A DNA stretch of 64,000 nucleotides, taken from Lachnospiraceae bacterium. GTDB lineage: Bacteria > Bacillota > Clostridia > Lachnospirales > Lachnospiraceae. The position numbers and the translations under genes are program-made. Under the pieces are notes generated by a model. That model saw only the letters and a program-made list of their open reading frames with translations, was not told where the DNA came from and did no database searches. Below are positions 9,730 to 18,854 of the stretch, piece after piece (position 1 is the first letter of the stretch; each line of letters begins with the position of its first letter). The DNA is taken from positions 10,628 to 74,627 of the forward strand of contig JAIKZD010000115.1 of assembly GCA_024682555.1 (NCBI GenBank). The letters are read 5' to 3'.

Positions 9730-11286
9730 ATGAACACAGATGAAAAAAAGAGCGGAAGCTCAGTAAAAGAAAAAAGAATAAAGAATACAGTAAAGCTCAT
9801 CCTTATACTGGCCTTGTTTGCCGGTGTCTATCTGTATGTGAACAGGCTTTTTCTCATAAAGAGTGAGGACGGTATAGAGCAGTTTCATGCCTACTACAAA
9901 CAGCCGAAGGATTCCGTGGATGTGCTCTTTGTGGGAAGCTCACATATATTCTGTCATATAAATACCGGAATACTGTGGGAAGAACAGGGTATATCCGCTT
10001 TTGACCTTGCGGGGGCGGAGCAGCCCTTCTGGGTGAGTCTTTATTACATAAAAGAGGCGATGAAGACTCAGGATCCGAAGCTTGTGGTTTTGGATATCAC
10101 CACCCCCGGGGTGCGTCCGGTAGAATACCAGCCGGAAAACTGGGTGGTCACCAATCATTACGGTATGAAGTGGGATAAAAATAAATGGGATGCCCTCAGG
10201 GCAAACACCCTTGAAGAGTCCTTTGAAAGGCTCCTCTTTCCATTAAGCGTTCTTCACGGAAGGTATACCGATCTTACTCGGGATGACTTTGTCGATGAGA
10301 CAAATACCGTCAACTACAAGGGTTTTGATCCCAGAGAAGCCACCACGCCCTTTGAAGAACCGCGGGTAATGGGCATCATGGAAAGAGCACCCATACTTGA
10401 GAAGGAAGAAAAGTATCTGAGGATGATCCTTGAGTATGCAAAAGATGAGGATATCCCTCTGCTCCTGGTTTCATCGCCATATATCCTTACCCCTGAAGAG
10501 CAGGCAAAGTTTAATACCATCTTTGACATAGCGGATGAGTATGGCGTGGAATATGTGGATTTTAACAAGCTTTACAGGGAGCTTGATCTTGATTTTTCTC
10601 AGGACTTTCAGGAGATACTGCATCTAAACAGAATGGGAAATGCAAAATACACATCTTATCTGGGAAAGCTTTTAAAGGAAAGATATGATCTTCCGGATCA
10701 CAGAGGGGATGCAAAGTATTCCTCCTGGGATGCCGATGCCAATTACCAGAGGCAGGATAATGCAGGATATTTTATGAAACAGATAAATGATCCGGATGAG
10801 TATTCCGACCTCTTCCTTGATAACTACGGACTCATGACGGCGGATGAGGGCAATTACAGAAAGGCGTTACCGAAGACGGCAGATGCTGATGCTGCCCGTG
10901 CCTCAAAGTATTTTTATGCAAATTCCGATAATTACCTGATCTTTCTGCAGATCGGAAACGATGTTTCTCAGATCACGGAGGATGAGATGGCAAGGCTTAT
11001 GGCCATAGGCATGGATGAAAGCATGCTCATACCCGGGAATGCCGTTTTGCTTAAGTCACGGGAATGCCTTTTTACCTCCGATGAAGCGGAGTTTAGATAC
11101 GTATATAAGGATGCCGGAAGGAATCTCCTTTTTTACAGGACGGAAAGCGGCGAAAGCACGGAGGACGGCATTCCCCTTTATAAGACCGCTCTTAAATCCT
11201 TAGACGGGGAATATGCGCTTGTTAAGGAAGGCATAAGCTTTATGGTATATGATACCGCACTTCACAGGGTTGTGGATGTGAGATGA
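9730..11286 (+). CDS. Membrane-anchored extracytoplasmic protein, probable partner of the upstream MBOAT (SGNH/DltD/AlgX-like role; tentative)
   Basis: N-terminal anchor VKLILILALFAGVYLYVNRLFLI and a block-I-like VDVLFVGSSH. It lies directly after an MBOAT gene, as is usual for two-component O-acetylation systems. The track start 9709 is TTG; the first ATG is at 9730. Confidence 0.6.
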   Translation: MNTDEKKSGSSVKEKRIKNTVKLILILALFAGVYLYVNRLFLIKSEDGIEQFHAYYKQPKDSVDVLFVGSSHIFCHINTGILWEEQGISAFDLAGAEQPFWVSLYYIKEAMKTQDPKLVVLDITTPGVRPVEYQPENWVVTNHYGMKWDKNKWDALRANTLEESFERLLFPLSVLHGRYTDLTRDDFVDETNTVNYKGFDPREATTPFEEPRVMGIMERAPILEKEEKYLRMILEYAKDEDIPLLLVSSPYILTPEEQAKFNTIFDIADEYGVEYVDFNKLYRELDLDFSQDFQEILHLNRMGNAKYTSYLGKLLKERYDLPDHRGDAKYSSWDADANYQRQDNAGYFMKQINDPDEYSDLFLDNYGLMTADEGNYRKALPKTADADAARASKYFYANSDNYLIFLQIGNDVSQITEDEMARLMAIGMDESMLIPGNAVLLKSRECLFTSDEAEFRYVYKDAGRNLLFYRTESGESTEDGIPLYKTALKSLDGEYALVKEGISFMVYDTALHRVVDVR

Positions 11287-11308
11287 GTTTCCCGGGAATA
11301 CCCTGCCT

Positions 11309-11337
11309 ATGACAAACCCCGCCTGCCATGGTATAAT
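11309..11337 (+). promoter_or_regulatory. Sigma-A-type promoter with extended -10 (ATGACA-N17-TATAAT, TGG upstream), twin of the promoter at 3027-3055
   Basis: ATGACA lies at 11309-11314, followed by a 17-nt spacer and TATAAT at 11332-11337 preceded by TGG. It sits 41 nt upstream of the fkp ATG. Confidence 0.55.
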
Positions 11338-11377
11338 TTTTTAGGTAAATCCTATTATTGCGAAGGTATCTGTAAAT

Positions 11378-14278
11378 ATGAATACTTCTTTGTATCTGTC
11401 ACAGTCTTATCAGGATGCCTGGAGCGATTATCAGAGATCGCTCAAATCCCCGGCTTTTCCGGTATGGGACTATATCATCCTGACTGCTTCCAACGAACAT
11501 CAGGCCTTCTGCTTCAGGCTGCAGCTTGAGAGCAGAAGAGAGTTTCTTCCTGAGAAGACCCGTTTTGCCGTAATACCGGATGAAGGTGGAGTACGCGTCG
11601 GAAGCGGCGGTGCGACCCTGTCTGTTCTTAAATATCTTCGTGAACATGAGAAATCTTTTGAAAACCTGAGGGTGCTTGTCATCCACTCCGGCGGGGACAG
11701 CAAGAGAGTACCCCAGTACAGTGCACTGGGAAAGCTTTTTTCACCTGTTCCCCATAAACTTCCGGACGGACGCAGCAGTACCCTTTTCGATGAACTGCTG
11801 ATCGCAATGGCTTCGGTTCCCGGGAGGATACATGAGGGAATGCTGCTGCTTGCGGGCGATGTTCTGCTTTTGTTTAATCCGCTGCTCATAGACTGGTCGG
11901 GATCCGGTGCGGCGGTCATCAGCTTCAAGGAAGATGTAAAGACCGGAAAGGACCATGGCGTGTTTTTGCGTGGCAGTGACGGAAATGTTAAGAGTTTTCA
12001 TCACAAGCAGAGTGTTGAGACCCTTAAGGAGGTCGGAGCGGTAAATGACAGCGGAGCCGTGGATATAGATACCGGAGCCATACTGTTTGGAGTGGATCTG
12101 TTAAACAGCCTCTTTGATCTTATTTCAACCGACGGTGTGACCGATGATGAGAAGTACAATACTTTTGTCAACAATACCGTGCGGCTGAGCCTGTATGGCG
12201 ATTTTCAGTATCCCCTGGCGGCGGACAGTACTCTTGAGGAATTCTATAAGGAAAAACCGGAGGGTGAGGACAGTCCCGAGCTTCATGACTGCCGGAGTGC
12301 ACTCTGGAATGCCCTGAGGCCTTACCGCATGAAACTGTTAAGGCTTGCACCGGCCAAGTTCATTCATTTCGGTACCACAAGGGAGATCTTAAACCTTATG
12401 GGAAAAGGTCTCGACGATTATAAGGACCTGGGATGGAGCCGTCTCGTCAACAGTTCGGTGGAACACTGTGCCGGCTATAATTCCGTACTCGAGGGCGGCA
12501 TAGAGGTCGGCGAAGGATCATATCTCGAGGTCTCATATGTTCACGGTAATTCAAAGGTCGGGAAAAACTGTATTCTGTCCTATATCGACATTCATGATGA
12601 AGTCATACCGGATAACGTGGTGATCCATGGCCTTAAACAGCAGAACGGAAAGTTTGTGGTCAGGATATACGGGGTCGATGACAATCCGAAGGAAAATAAG
12701 CTTTTCGGGAAGGAGCTTACGGGGAATCTGTGGAAACCCGGAGATGTTCACATTCTGTGGAATGCCTGCATCTTCCCCGAGAAGGAATCCATTCGGGATG
12801 CAGTTGCCTTTGCCCTTCATGTTTACTATGCGGTAATGGAAGGAAGCGAGATCCCGGAAGGCAAATCCATGGCCGAAGGGTTTAATGATGCGGATCCCGA
12901 GGCGATCCTTGCCTGGAACAAACATATGGAAGAACTGGTGGCAATGAATGACATAGCCATGCTGATAGATAACGGTATTTCAGCCGAAAAGGCTTATTTA
13001 GCGGGTCCTCTTTCAAAGATCCAGAGACTGTGGATGGAGGGAAGGCTCTCAAGGGCCGGTTTCGGAAGGGCAATGCGGCTTCACTATTATGTCGGGACAG
13101 CCCTTAAGGATGAAGCGGAGGTAAGCAAAGCCTTTGCCGTTCTGTCCGATGCCATACTCTCAAATGCTACCGAGGGACTTACGGAAAATGAGAGTGCCCG
13201 TATAACCATGGAGGAGCATACGGTAAGGCTTCCCTTAAGAGTTAATTTCGGAGGAGGCTGGTCGGACACGCCTCCTTACTGTAACGAAAACGGCGGAACG
13301 GTACTTAATGCGGCGATCCTCGTAAACGGTGAGCGTCCGGTGAAGGTCAGCCTCAGGAAACTCTCCGAATACAAGGTGGTTTTAAAATCCGCGGATATGG
13401 ATGTTCACGGGGAGTTTACGGACATAGCTCCTCTTCAGGCGGTGGGTGATCCTTTTGATTCTTTCGGGCTTCATAAGGCGGCACTTCTTGCCTGCGGCGT
13501 GATCCCAAGGACCGGCGGAGAACTCTCGGGCGTCCTTAAGAGACTCGGGGGCGGTATCTGGATGGATACCGAAGTGACGGGAGTTCCCAAGGGCTCGGGG
13601 CTGGGTACAAGTTCTATTCTGGCCGCAGCCTGTGTAAAGGCCCTGTTTGAATTCCTAGGCATCCCCCATACCGTGGATGATCTTTACAGTCATGTGCTTG
13701 CCATGGAACAGATCATGTCAACCGGCGGAGGCTGGCAGGATCAGGTCGGTGGCGTAACCGACGGGATAAAATACATAACGAGCAAACCCGGGATCTGCCA
13801 GTCGCTTCGTGTCCAGCATCTTACCCCGGATCAGGAGACCATGGATGAGCTTAACAGAAGATTCACCCTGATATATACGGGACAGCGGAGACTTGCACGT
13901 AACCTTCTCAGGGATGTGGTGGGCCGTTATATGGGTAATGAACCGGACACCATATTTGCCCTGAGCGAGATCCAGAAGAACGCAACCCTTCAGAGATTTG
14001 AGCTTGAACGCGGAAATATAGATGCATTCGCGGAGCTTTTGAACAGGCACTGGGAGCTTTCAAAAATGATAGATGCCGGGTCCACCAATACCCTGATCGA
14101 TCAGATCTTTGATTCCTGCGAGGATCTGCTTGCGGGAAAAATGATCTGCGGTGCGGGAGGCGGCGGATTTTTACAGGTGGTGCTCAAAAAAGGCGTTTCG
14201 AAAGAAGAGCTGCAGAACAGATTAAAGAGTGTCTTCTATGACACCGCCATAGGAGTCTGGGACTGCAGGATAGTATGA
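11378..14278 (+). CDS. fkp: Bifunctional L-fucokinase / L-fucose-1-phosphate guanylyltransferase (Fkp)
   Basis: 966 aa, close to the size of Bacteroides Fkp. The N-terminal fucokinase-family region contains ILTASNEHQA, GSGGATL and HSGGDSKRVPQYS. The C-terminal GHMP kinase motif is GVPKGSGLGTSSILAAA. Confidence 0.85.
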   Translation: MNTSLYLSQSYQDAWSDYQRSLKSPAFPVWDYIILTASNEHQAFCFRLQLESRREFLPEKTRFAVIPDEGGVRVGSGGATLSVLKYLREHEKSFENLRVLVIHSGGDSKRVPQYSALGKLFSPVPHKLPDGRSSTLFDELLIAMASVPGRIHEGMLLLAGDVLLLFNPLLIDWSGSGAAVISFKEDVKTGKDHGVFLRGSDGNVKSFHHKQSVETLKEVGAVNDSGAVDIDTGAILFGVDLLNSLFDLISTDGVTDDEKYNTFVNNTVRLSLYGDFQYPLAADSTLEEFYKEKPEGEDSPELHDCRSALWNALRPYRMKLLRLAPAKFIHFGTTREILNLMGKGLDDYKDLGWSRLVNSSVEHCAGYNSVLEGGIEVGEGSYLEVSYVHGNSKVGKNCILSYIDIHDEVIPDNVVIHGLKQQNGKFVVRIYGVDDNPKENKLFGKELTGNLWKPGDVHILWNACIFPEKESIRDAVAFALHVYYAVMEGSEIPEGKSMAEGFNDADPEAILAWNKHMEELVAMNDIAMLIDNGISAEKAYLAGPLSKIQRLWMEGRLSRAGFGRAMRLHYYVGTALKDEAEVSKAFAVLSDAILSNATEGLTENESARITMEEHTVRLPLRVNFGGGWSDTPPYCNENGGTVLNAAILVNGERPVKVSLRKLSEYKVVLKSADMDVHGEFTDIAPLQAVGDPFDSFGLHKAALLACGVIPRTGGELSGVLKRLGGGIWMDTEVTGVPKGSGLGTSSILAAACVKALFEFLGIPHTVDDLYSHVLAMEQIMSTGGGWQDQVGGVTDGIKYITSKPGICQSLRVQHLTPDQETMDELNRRFTLIYTGQRRLARNLLRDVVGRYMGNEPDTIFALSEIQKNATLQRFELERGNIDAFAELLNRHWELSKMIDAGSTNTLIDQIFDSCEDLLAGKMICGAGGGGFLQVVLKKGVSKEELQNRLKSVFYDTAIGVWDCRIV

Positions 14279-14318
14279 CGGGACGAAGAGTATAAACGGA
14301 TACGGGAGAGTATGAAAT

Positions 14319-15107
14319 ATGATAAGCATGGAAGAAGCAAAGATCATAGAAGGCTTTGTTTATGAGGCGGGACAGATCCTGCTTTCCGCAAAGCCCGGGG
14401 AAGCCGAGGTTTATAAAAAGGACGGACCGGCCAACTTTGCGACTTTTTTTGATGTAAAGATCCAGGAGTTTCTGATAGGGAAGCTGTCGGAAAGGTTTGA
14501 GGGAGCCGGATTTTTCGGTGAAGAGGATACGCAGGGCAACGCACAGAAGGTTTCCCCGGGGTATACCTTTTTTATCGATCCCATAGACGGCACCACAAAT
14601 TTCATGTTCGATTATCATAACAGCTGCGTAAGCCTCGGCCTTTCCGAGGGAAACGGCATGATAGGCGGATGGGTGTATGATCCGTATAAGGACCGGATGT
14701 TCTCGGCTCTTCGGGGACATGGGGCTTTTTTAAACGGCATAAGACTTCACATTGAAAACAGGCCCATGAGCGAAGGGATAGTTGCCTTCGGATGCGCAAG
14801 ATATAATGAAGGGGACAGGATCTTTTCGGTGCTTAAGGAACTGTTTATGAATTCTCTTTCCCTGCGAAACGGCGGGTCGGCAGCCATAGATCTTTGCAGG
14901 ATAGCCGCAGGGTCCAACATAGCCTATGTCGAGATGAAGATACAGCCTTACGATTATGCCGCGGCAAGCGTTATCATAGAGGAATCCGGCGGTTTTATCG
15001 GACAGGCGGACGGGTCGCCCATAACCATAGACGGGCCCTGTTCCATCGTTGCGGGAACCAAAAAAGCGGCTTCACAGATACGCGGTATACTAAGCGGTGC
15101 GCAGTGA
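14319..15107 (+). CDS. Inositol monophosphatase-family phosphatase (SuhB/CysQ-like); substrate unknown
   Basis: Shows FFIDPIDGTTNF and WVYDP motifs and a C-terminal GGSAAIDLCRIAAG. The SD GGGAGAG lies 8 nt upstream of the start. Confidence 0.8.
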   Translation: MISMEEAKIIEGFVYEAGQILLSAKPGEAEVYKKDGPANFATFFDVKIQEFLIGKLSERFEGAGFFGEEDTQGNAQKVSPGYTFFIDPIDGTTNFMFDYHNSCVSLGLSEGNGMIGGWVYDPYKDRMFSALRGHGAFLNGIRLHIENRPMSEGIVAFGCARYNEGDRIFSVLKELFMNSLSLRNGGSAAIDLCRIAAGSNIAYVEMKIQPYDYAAASVIIEESGGFIGQADGSPITIDGPCSIVAGTKKAASQIRGILSGAQ

Positions 15108-15121
15108 TAAAGGGGTTAAAG

Positions 15122-16330
15122 ATGTTTAATCTGAATGATTTTATAAATAAATATGTGATCAAAAGAGACCGGAGCATGTTCCTTGAGGATATAAGATCAA
15201 ACAGGGATAAGCTTACGGAAAAGATCCGTGGCAAGAGAGTTCTTGTAATAGGCGGGTCGGGTTCCATCGGTTCTTCCTTTATAAAAGAGGTCCTTGCTTT
15301 CAGGCCTTCATCCCTGACCGTTGTTGATATAAACGAAAACGGCCTTACGGAGCTTACCAGGGATCTGCGTTCCACTCCCGGAATGTACGTGCCCTCCGAA
15401 TATATCACCTATCCCATGGATTATTCTTCTCCCGTTTTTGAAAAAATGTTCAGAAGCAGGGGCGGTTTTGATATCGTTGCCAATTTTTCCGCACATAAGC
15501 ACGTAAGGAGCGAGAAGGATATCTATTCCGTTGAGGCGCTTATTAAGAACAATCTGATAAATGCTGCCGGGCTGCTTAAACTGTTAAGTGAATATCCTCC
15601 CGAGGAATATTTCTGCGTATCCACCGACAAGGCTGCAAATCCCGTAAACATCATGGGAGCCAGCAAGAGGATAATGGAAGACCTGATCTTTTCCTATTCG
15701 GACAGATTCCCGGTAAAGACCGCAAGGTTTGCCAATGTGGCTTTTTCAAACGGATCCCTTCCTGCAGGTTTTATCGAGAGAATGAACAAACTGCAGCCTC
15801 TTAGCGCGCCGAATGATGTAAAGAGATATTTTGTGTCACCCGAGGAATCCGGACAGATCTGCATGCTTGCCTGCATGCTCGGAGAAAACAGGGAGATATT
15901 TTTCCCGAAGCTTTCGGAAGCCCAGATGACAGGGTTTGATAAGATCGCAGAGGATCTTCTTAAGGTAAACGGATATGAACCCCTGTACTTAAGCACCGAT
16001 GAGGAGGCCCTTGAGAGGTCAAAGGATCTCTGGGACGGATCACGAAAATATCCCGTCCGGTTTGATGTCTCCGATACTTCCGGGGAAAAGCCCTATGAGG
16101 AATTCTTTATCGAGGGAGAGGAAACGGATACGGAGAGGTTTAAGTCACTTGGCGTGATCAGGGGTAAGCCCGTGCCGGATAAGGAAAAACTCGGAAAACT
16201 CATAAAAGAACTGAAGGACATATTTGATACGGATGCCGTGACAAAGGAGCGGATAGTAGGCATTTTAAGTGCCTATCTTCCCGATTTTAAGCATATCGAG
16301 ACCGGAAGATCCCTTGACAGCAAGATGTAG
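15122..16330 (+). CDS. Soluble CapD/WbpM/PseB-type NDP-sugar 4,6-dehydratase/epimerase (short-chain dehydrogenase fold)
   Basis: Rossmann motif VLVIGGSGSIGSSF and active-site block STDKAANPVNIMGASKR (the CapD/WbpM-type Met variant). The track ORF starts at 14894 and overlaps the phosphatase gene by 214 nt; ATG 15122 (MFNLNDFINKY) is the sensible start. Confidence 0.8.
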   Translation: MFNLNDFINKYVIKRDRSMFLEDIRSNRDKLTEKIRGKRVLVIGGSGSIGSSFIKEVLAFRPSSLTVVDINENGLTELTRDLRSTPGMYVPSEYITYPMDYSSPVFEKMFRSRGGFDIVANFSAHKHVRSEKDIYSVEALIKNNLINAAGLLKLLSEYPPEEYFCVSTDKAANPVNIMGASKRIMEDLIFSYSDRFPVKTARFANVAFSNGSLPAGFIERMNKLQPLSAPNDVKRYFVSPEESGQICMLACMLGENREIFFPKLSEAQMTGFDKIAEDLLKVNGYEPLYLSTDEEALERSKDLWDGSRKYPVRFDVSDTSGEKPYEEFFIEGEETDTERFKSLGVIRGKPVPDKEKLGKLIKELKDIFDTDAVTKERIVGILSAYLPDFKHIETGRSLDSKM

Positions 16331-16334
16331 GCGG

Positions 16335-16877
16335 ATGCTCCGGGTTATTGCGGGAATGCCTTCGGGAAAACAAAAACGGACGAAAGGACGGAAAGCATTG
16401 AACAGAGAGGGACAGGGAAGGGAAAAAGGTAAAAGGATCAGGATTCTTTTTTTTCTGCATATATTCCTTATGGTTTACTCTTTCAGCGGTATATTCAGCA
16501 AGCTGGCGGCGGGAAAGGATTTTATGAGCCTTCCCTTCTGCCTTTTTTATGCTTTGTCGCTGTTTGTGCTGTTCATTTATGCCATAGGATGGCAGCAGTT
16601 CATAAAGAGGCTGCCTTTGACCGAAGCCTATGCAAACAGGGCCGTAAGCGTGATCTGGGGATGTATCTGGGGAGTATTTATATTCCATGAAAGACTTACC
16701 CTGAAAAACCTCATCGGGGCGGTACTTGTTATCGGCGGCGTTATACTGTTTTCCCTCGCGGAGGCGGAAGCTGAAACTTCCGAAACGTCAGTGAAAGGAA
16801 ATCCGGCGAAAACGGAAAGCGGGGCAGCAAAAGACATGACCGCAAAAGACATGACCGGGGGTGCGTCCGATGAATAA
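16335..16877 (+). CDS. 4-TM DMT/SMR-like small membrane protein (ArnE/ArnF-like flippase subunit candidate) with basic N-terminal and acidic C-terminal tails
   Basis: Four hydrophobic spans: ILFFLHIFLMVYSFSGIFSKLAA, LPFCLFYALSLFVLFIYAIGW, AVSVIWGCIWGVFIF, LIGAVLVIGGVILFSL. The start is uncertain; 16335 is the first ATG after the upstream stop. Confidence 0.6.
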   Translation: MLRVIAGMPSGKQKRTKGRKALNREGQGREKGKRIRILFFLHIFLMVYSFSGIFSKLAAGKDFMSLPFCLFYALSLFVLFIYAIGWQQFIKRLPLTEAYANRAVSVIWGCIWGVFIFHERLTLKNLIGAVLVIGGVILFSLAEAEAETSETSVKGNPAKTESGAAKDMTAKDMTGGASDE

Positions 16878-17223
16878 TGAGATACTTTTATATTCGGCCG
16901 TGATGCTGATAAGCGTCTTTATAAGCGCCATAGCCCAGGTCCTTTTAAAGAAGGCCGCTCTGGAACCTCATGAAAGCAGACTTAAGGAATACTTAAATCC
17001 CAAGGTAATGACCGGCTATATCATTTTTTTCCTTGCCACGGTCCTCACTGTTTTTGCATATAAGGCTGTGCCCCTGTCATTGGGGGTGATCCTTGAGTCC
17101 ACGGGGTATATATATATTATGGTGTTCGGACTGCTTATCTTTAAGGAGAAAATGAATCTCAAAAAGATCATCGCCCTTGTTCTGATCATTTCGGGGGTGA
17201 TCCTTTTCCAGACCGGGGTCTGA
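16870..17223 (+). CDS. 4-TM DMT/SMR-like small membrane protein (second ArnE/ArnF-like subunit candidate)
   Basis: MNNEILLYSAVMLISVFISAIAQVLLKKAA followed by three further spans ending IIALVLIISGVILFQ. ATG 16870 overlaps the upstream gene's TAA (16875-16877) by 8 nt. Confidence 0.65.
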   Translation: MNNEILLYSAVMLISVFISAIAQVLLKKAALEPHESRLKEYLNPKVMTGYIIFFLATVLTVFAYKAVPLSLGVILESTGYIYIMVFGLLIFKEKMNLKKIIALVLIISGVILFQTGV

Positions 17224-17270
17224 ACCGGACGATCGTAAAACTACAAAGGAAAACGTGAGGCGAGAGAAAG

Positions 17271-18023
17271 ATGACCGTAAATCAGGAAATCAGAAAAGAA
17301 CAGAAGGAATATATGAGCAGGATGACCTTTAAGGAAAAGGTTGTCTATCTGGCAGGATATTATAAATGGTATGTTATCGGCATTCTTGCAGCCATAATCT
17401 TTGCAGTGTTCATCATCAGGGATGTGGTCAACAATTCAAAGCCGGTGTATTTAAACCTGATAATCTCAAACTCAGATCTGATATATGATTCCGGTGATTC
17501 GAAACTCTATGACGATTTTGTCGAGTATGCGGATATCGATACCGGAAAGTATCAGCTGTATATCGATACCACCCTTAATTTCAGCGGAACGGATATGGCC
17601 ACAACGGATATTACTTCGGCGGAAAAGATCATGGCCCTTTATGCGGCCAGACAGGTAGATGCCTTCATGGCACCGGTATCCGTTATCGACAGATATAAGA
17701 AAATGTCAGCATTCCTTGATCCCCATGAGGTTCTTTCGGATGAGCAGATAAAAGAACTTGAGGCGGCGGGATATAAATTGTATTATTGTAAATACAGTGA
17801 GACCGTTGACGAGGAGGATCTGGATCCCTCGGTGCCTGAGGATAAGGATGTCTGTATAGGTATATACGTAGCCGAAAGTGATTATTTAAACGGACTGTCC
17901 GTGGCCGGAGCTTTTTCTGTCAGGGAGGATCCGCCGGTGTTCACTTTTTCAACGGTAGCGGAAGAAGAGGGACTCTCTCATGCGGTTCAGTTCCTTGAGA
18001 TGATAACAGGCACGAAACTGTAA
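17271..18023 (+). CDS. Single-pass membrane-anchored protein with an extracytoplasmic domain; function unknown
   Basis: One TM segment (WYVIGILAAIIFAVFIIRDV) followed by ~190 aa of soluble domain. It is embedded between the flippase-like pair and the GT2 gene. Confidence 0.6.
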   Translation: MTVNQEIRKEQKEYMSRMTFKEKVVYLAGYYKWYVIGILAAIIFAVFIIRDVVNNSKPVYLNLIISNSDLIYDSGDSKLYDDFVEYADIDTGKYQLYIDTTLNFSGTDMATTDITSAEKIMALYAARQVDAFMAPVSVIDRYKKMSAFLDPHEVLSDEQIKELEAAGYKLYYCKYSETVDEEDLDPSVPEDKDVCIGIYVAESDYLNGLSVAGAFSVREDPPVFTFSTVAEEEGLSHAVQFLEMITGTKL

Positions 18024-18131
18024 GTATAATACCGGGAACAATACACGAAAGCCATAAGCTGATGGATGCCTGCTGTATAAAACCGCCTCAGCAGGGGAGA
18101 CAGAATAAGAACGGGAGTACAGACTGCACAG

Positions 18132-18848
18132 ATGGACATTTTATATATAGTCATACCTGCCTATAATGAGGAAGAGAATATAGAAAACGTGGTAAATGAC
18201 TGGTATCCGGTCATTGAAGAGCATAACGGGGGCGGCGCCTCCAGGCTCGTTGTGATAAATGACGGAAGTAAGGATTCGACTTATGATAAGCTTCTTAAGC
18301 TTGCGGAATCCCGTCCCATGCTTGTGCCGCTTACCAAGGAAAACGGAGGGCATGGTGCTGCCGTGCTGTTCGGATATGACCATGCGATAAGCGAGAATGC
18401 GGATTACATCTTCCAGACCGATTCGGACGGGCAGACACTTCCTTCGGAGTTTCATGATTTCTGGAATATAAGATCCGACTATGATATGGTCATCGGCAAC
18501 AGGATCGGAAGACAGGACGGTTCCTCAAGGGTATTTGTGACAAAGACCTTAAAGACCGTTATAAGGCTCTGCTTTCACGTTACGGTACCCGATGCCAATA
18601 CTCCCTTCAGGCTTATGAAGACGGAGACACTCAAAAAATACCGGCATTATATTCCCGACGGCTTTAATCTTTCGAATGTTCTTATATCGGTCATATATGC
18701 AAAAAAGAATCTCTCCGTAAAATATCTGCCGATCACTTTCAGGCCGAGACAGGGCGGAGTCAATTCCATAAACCTGAAAAGCATTTTTAAGATCGGAAGA
18801 AGGGCGCTGTCTGATTTCCGGCAGATCAACCGAACGCTTAAGGACTGA
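18132..18848 (+). CDS. GT2 glycosyltransferase, polyprenyl-phosphate sugar synthase type (GtrB/CsbB/ArnC/DPM1-like)
   Basis: N-terminal IVIPAYNEEENI, then VINDGSKDST and DSDGQ (DxD-like) motifs. At 238 aa it has no C-terminal TM extension. Confidence 0.8.
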   Translation: MDILYIVIPAYNEEENIENVVNDWYPVIEEHNGGGASRLVVINDGSKDSTYDKLLKLAESRPMLVPLTKENGGHGAAVLFGYDHAISENADYIFQTDSDGQTLPSEFHDFWNIRSDYDMVIGNRIGRQDGSSRVFVTKTLKTVIRLCFHVTVPDANTPFRLMKTETLKKYRHYIPDGFNLSNVLISVIYAKKNLSVKYLPITFRPRQGGVNSINLKSIFKIGRRALSDFRQINRTLKD

Positions 18849-18854
18849 TTATAC

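Noticed and set aside
14894-15121. Upstream extension of the CapD-like ORF (and similar extensions at 46042 for rho, 24788 for purH, 21093, 16269, 56421 and 52355)
   Set aside because: The extensions overlap the preceding gene or repeat DNA and translate to Arg/Cys-rich nonsense. Internal ATGs with SD sequences give canonical family N-termini.
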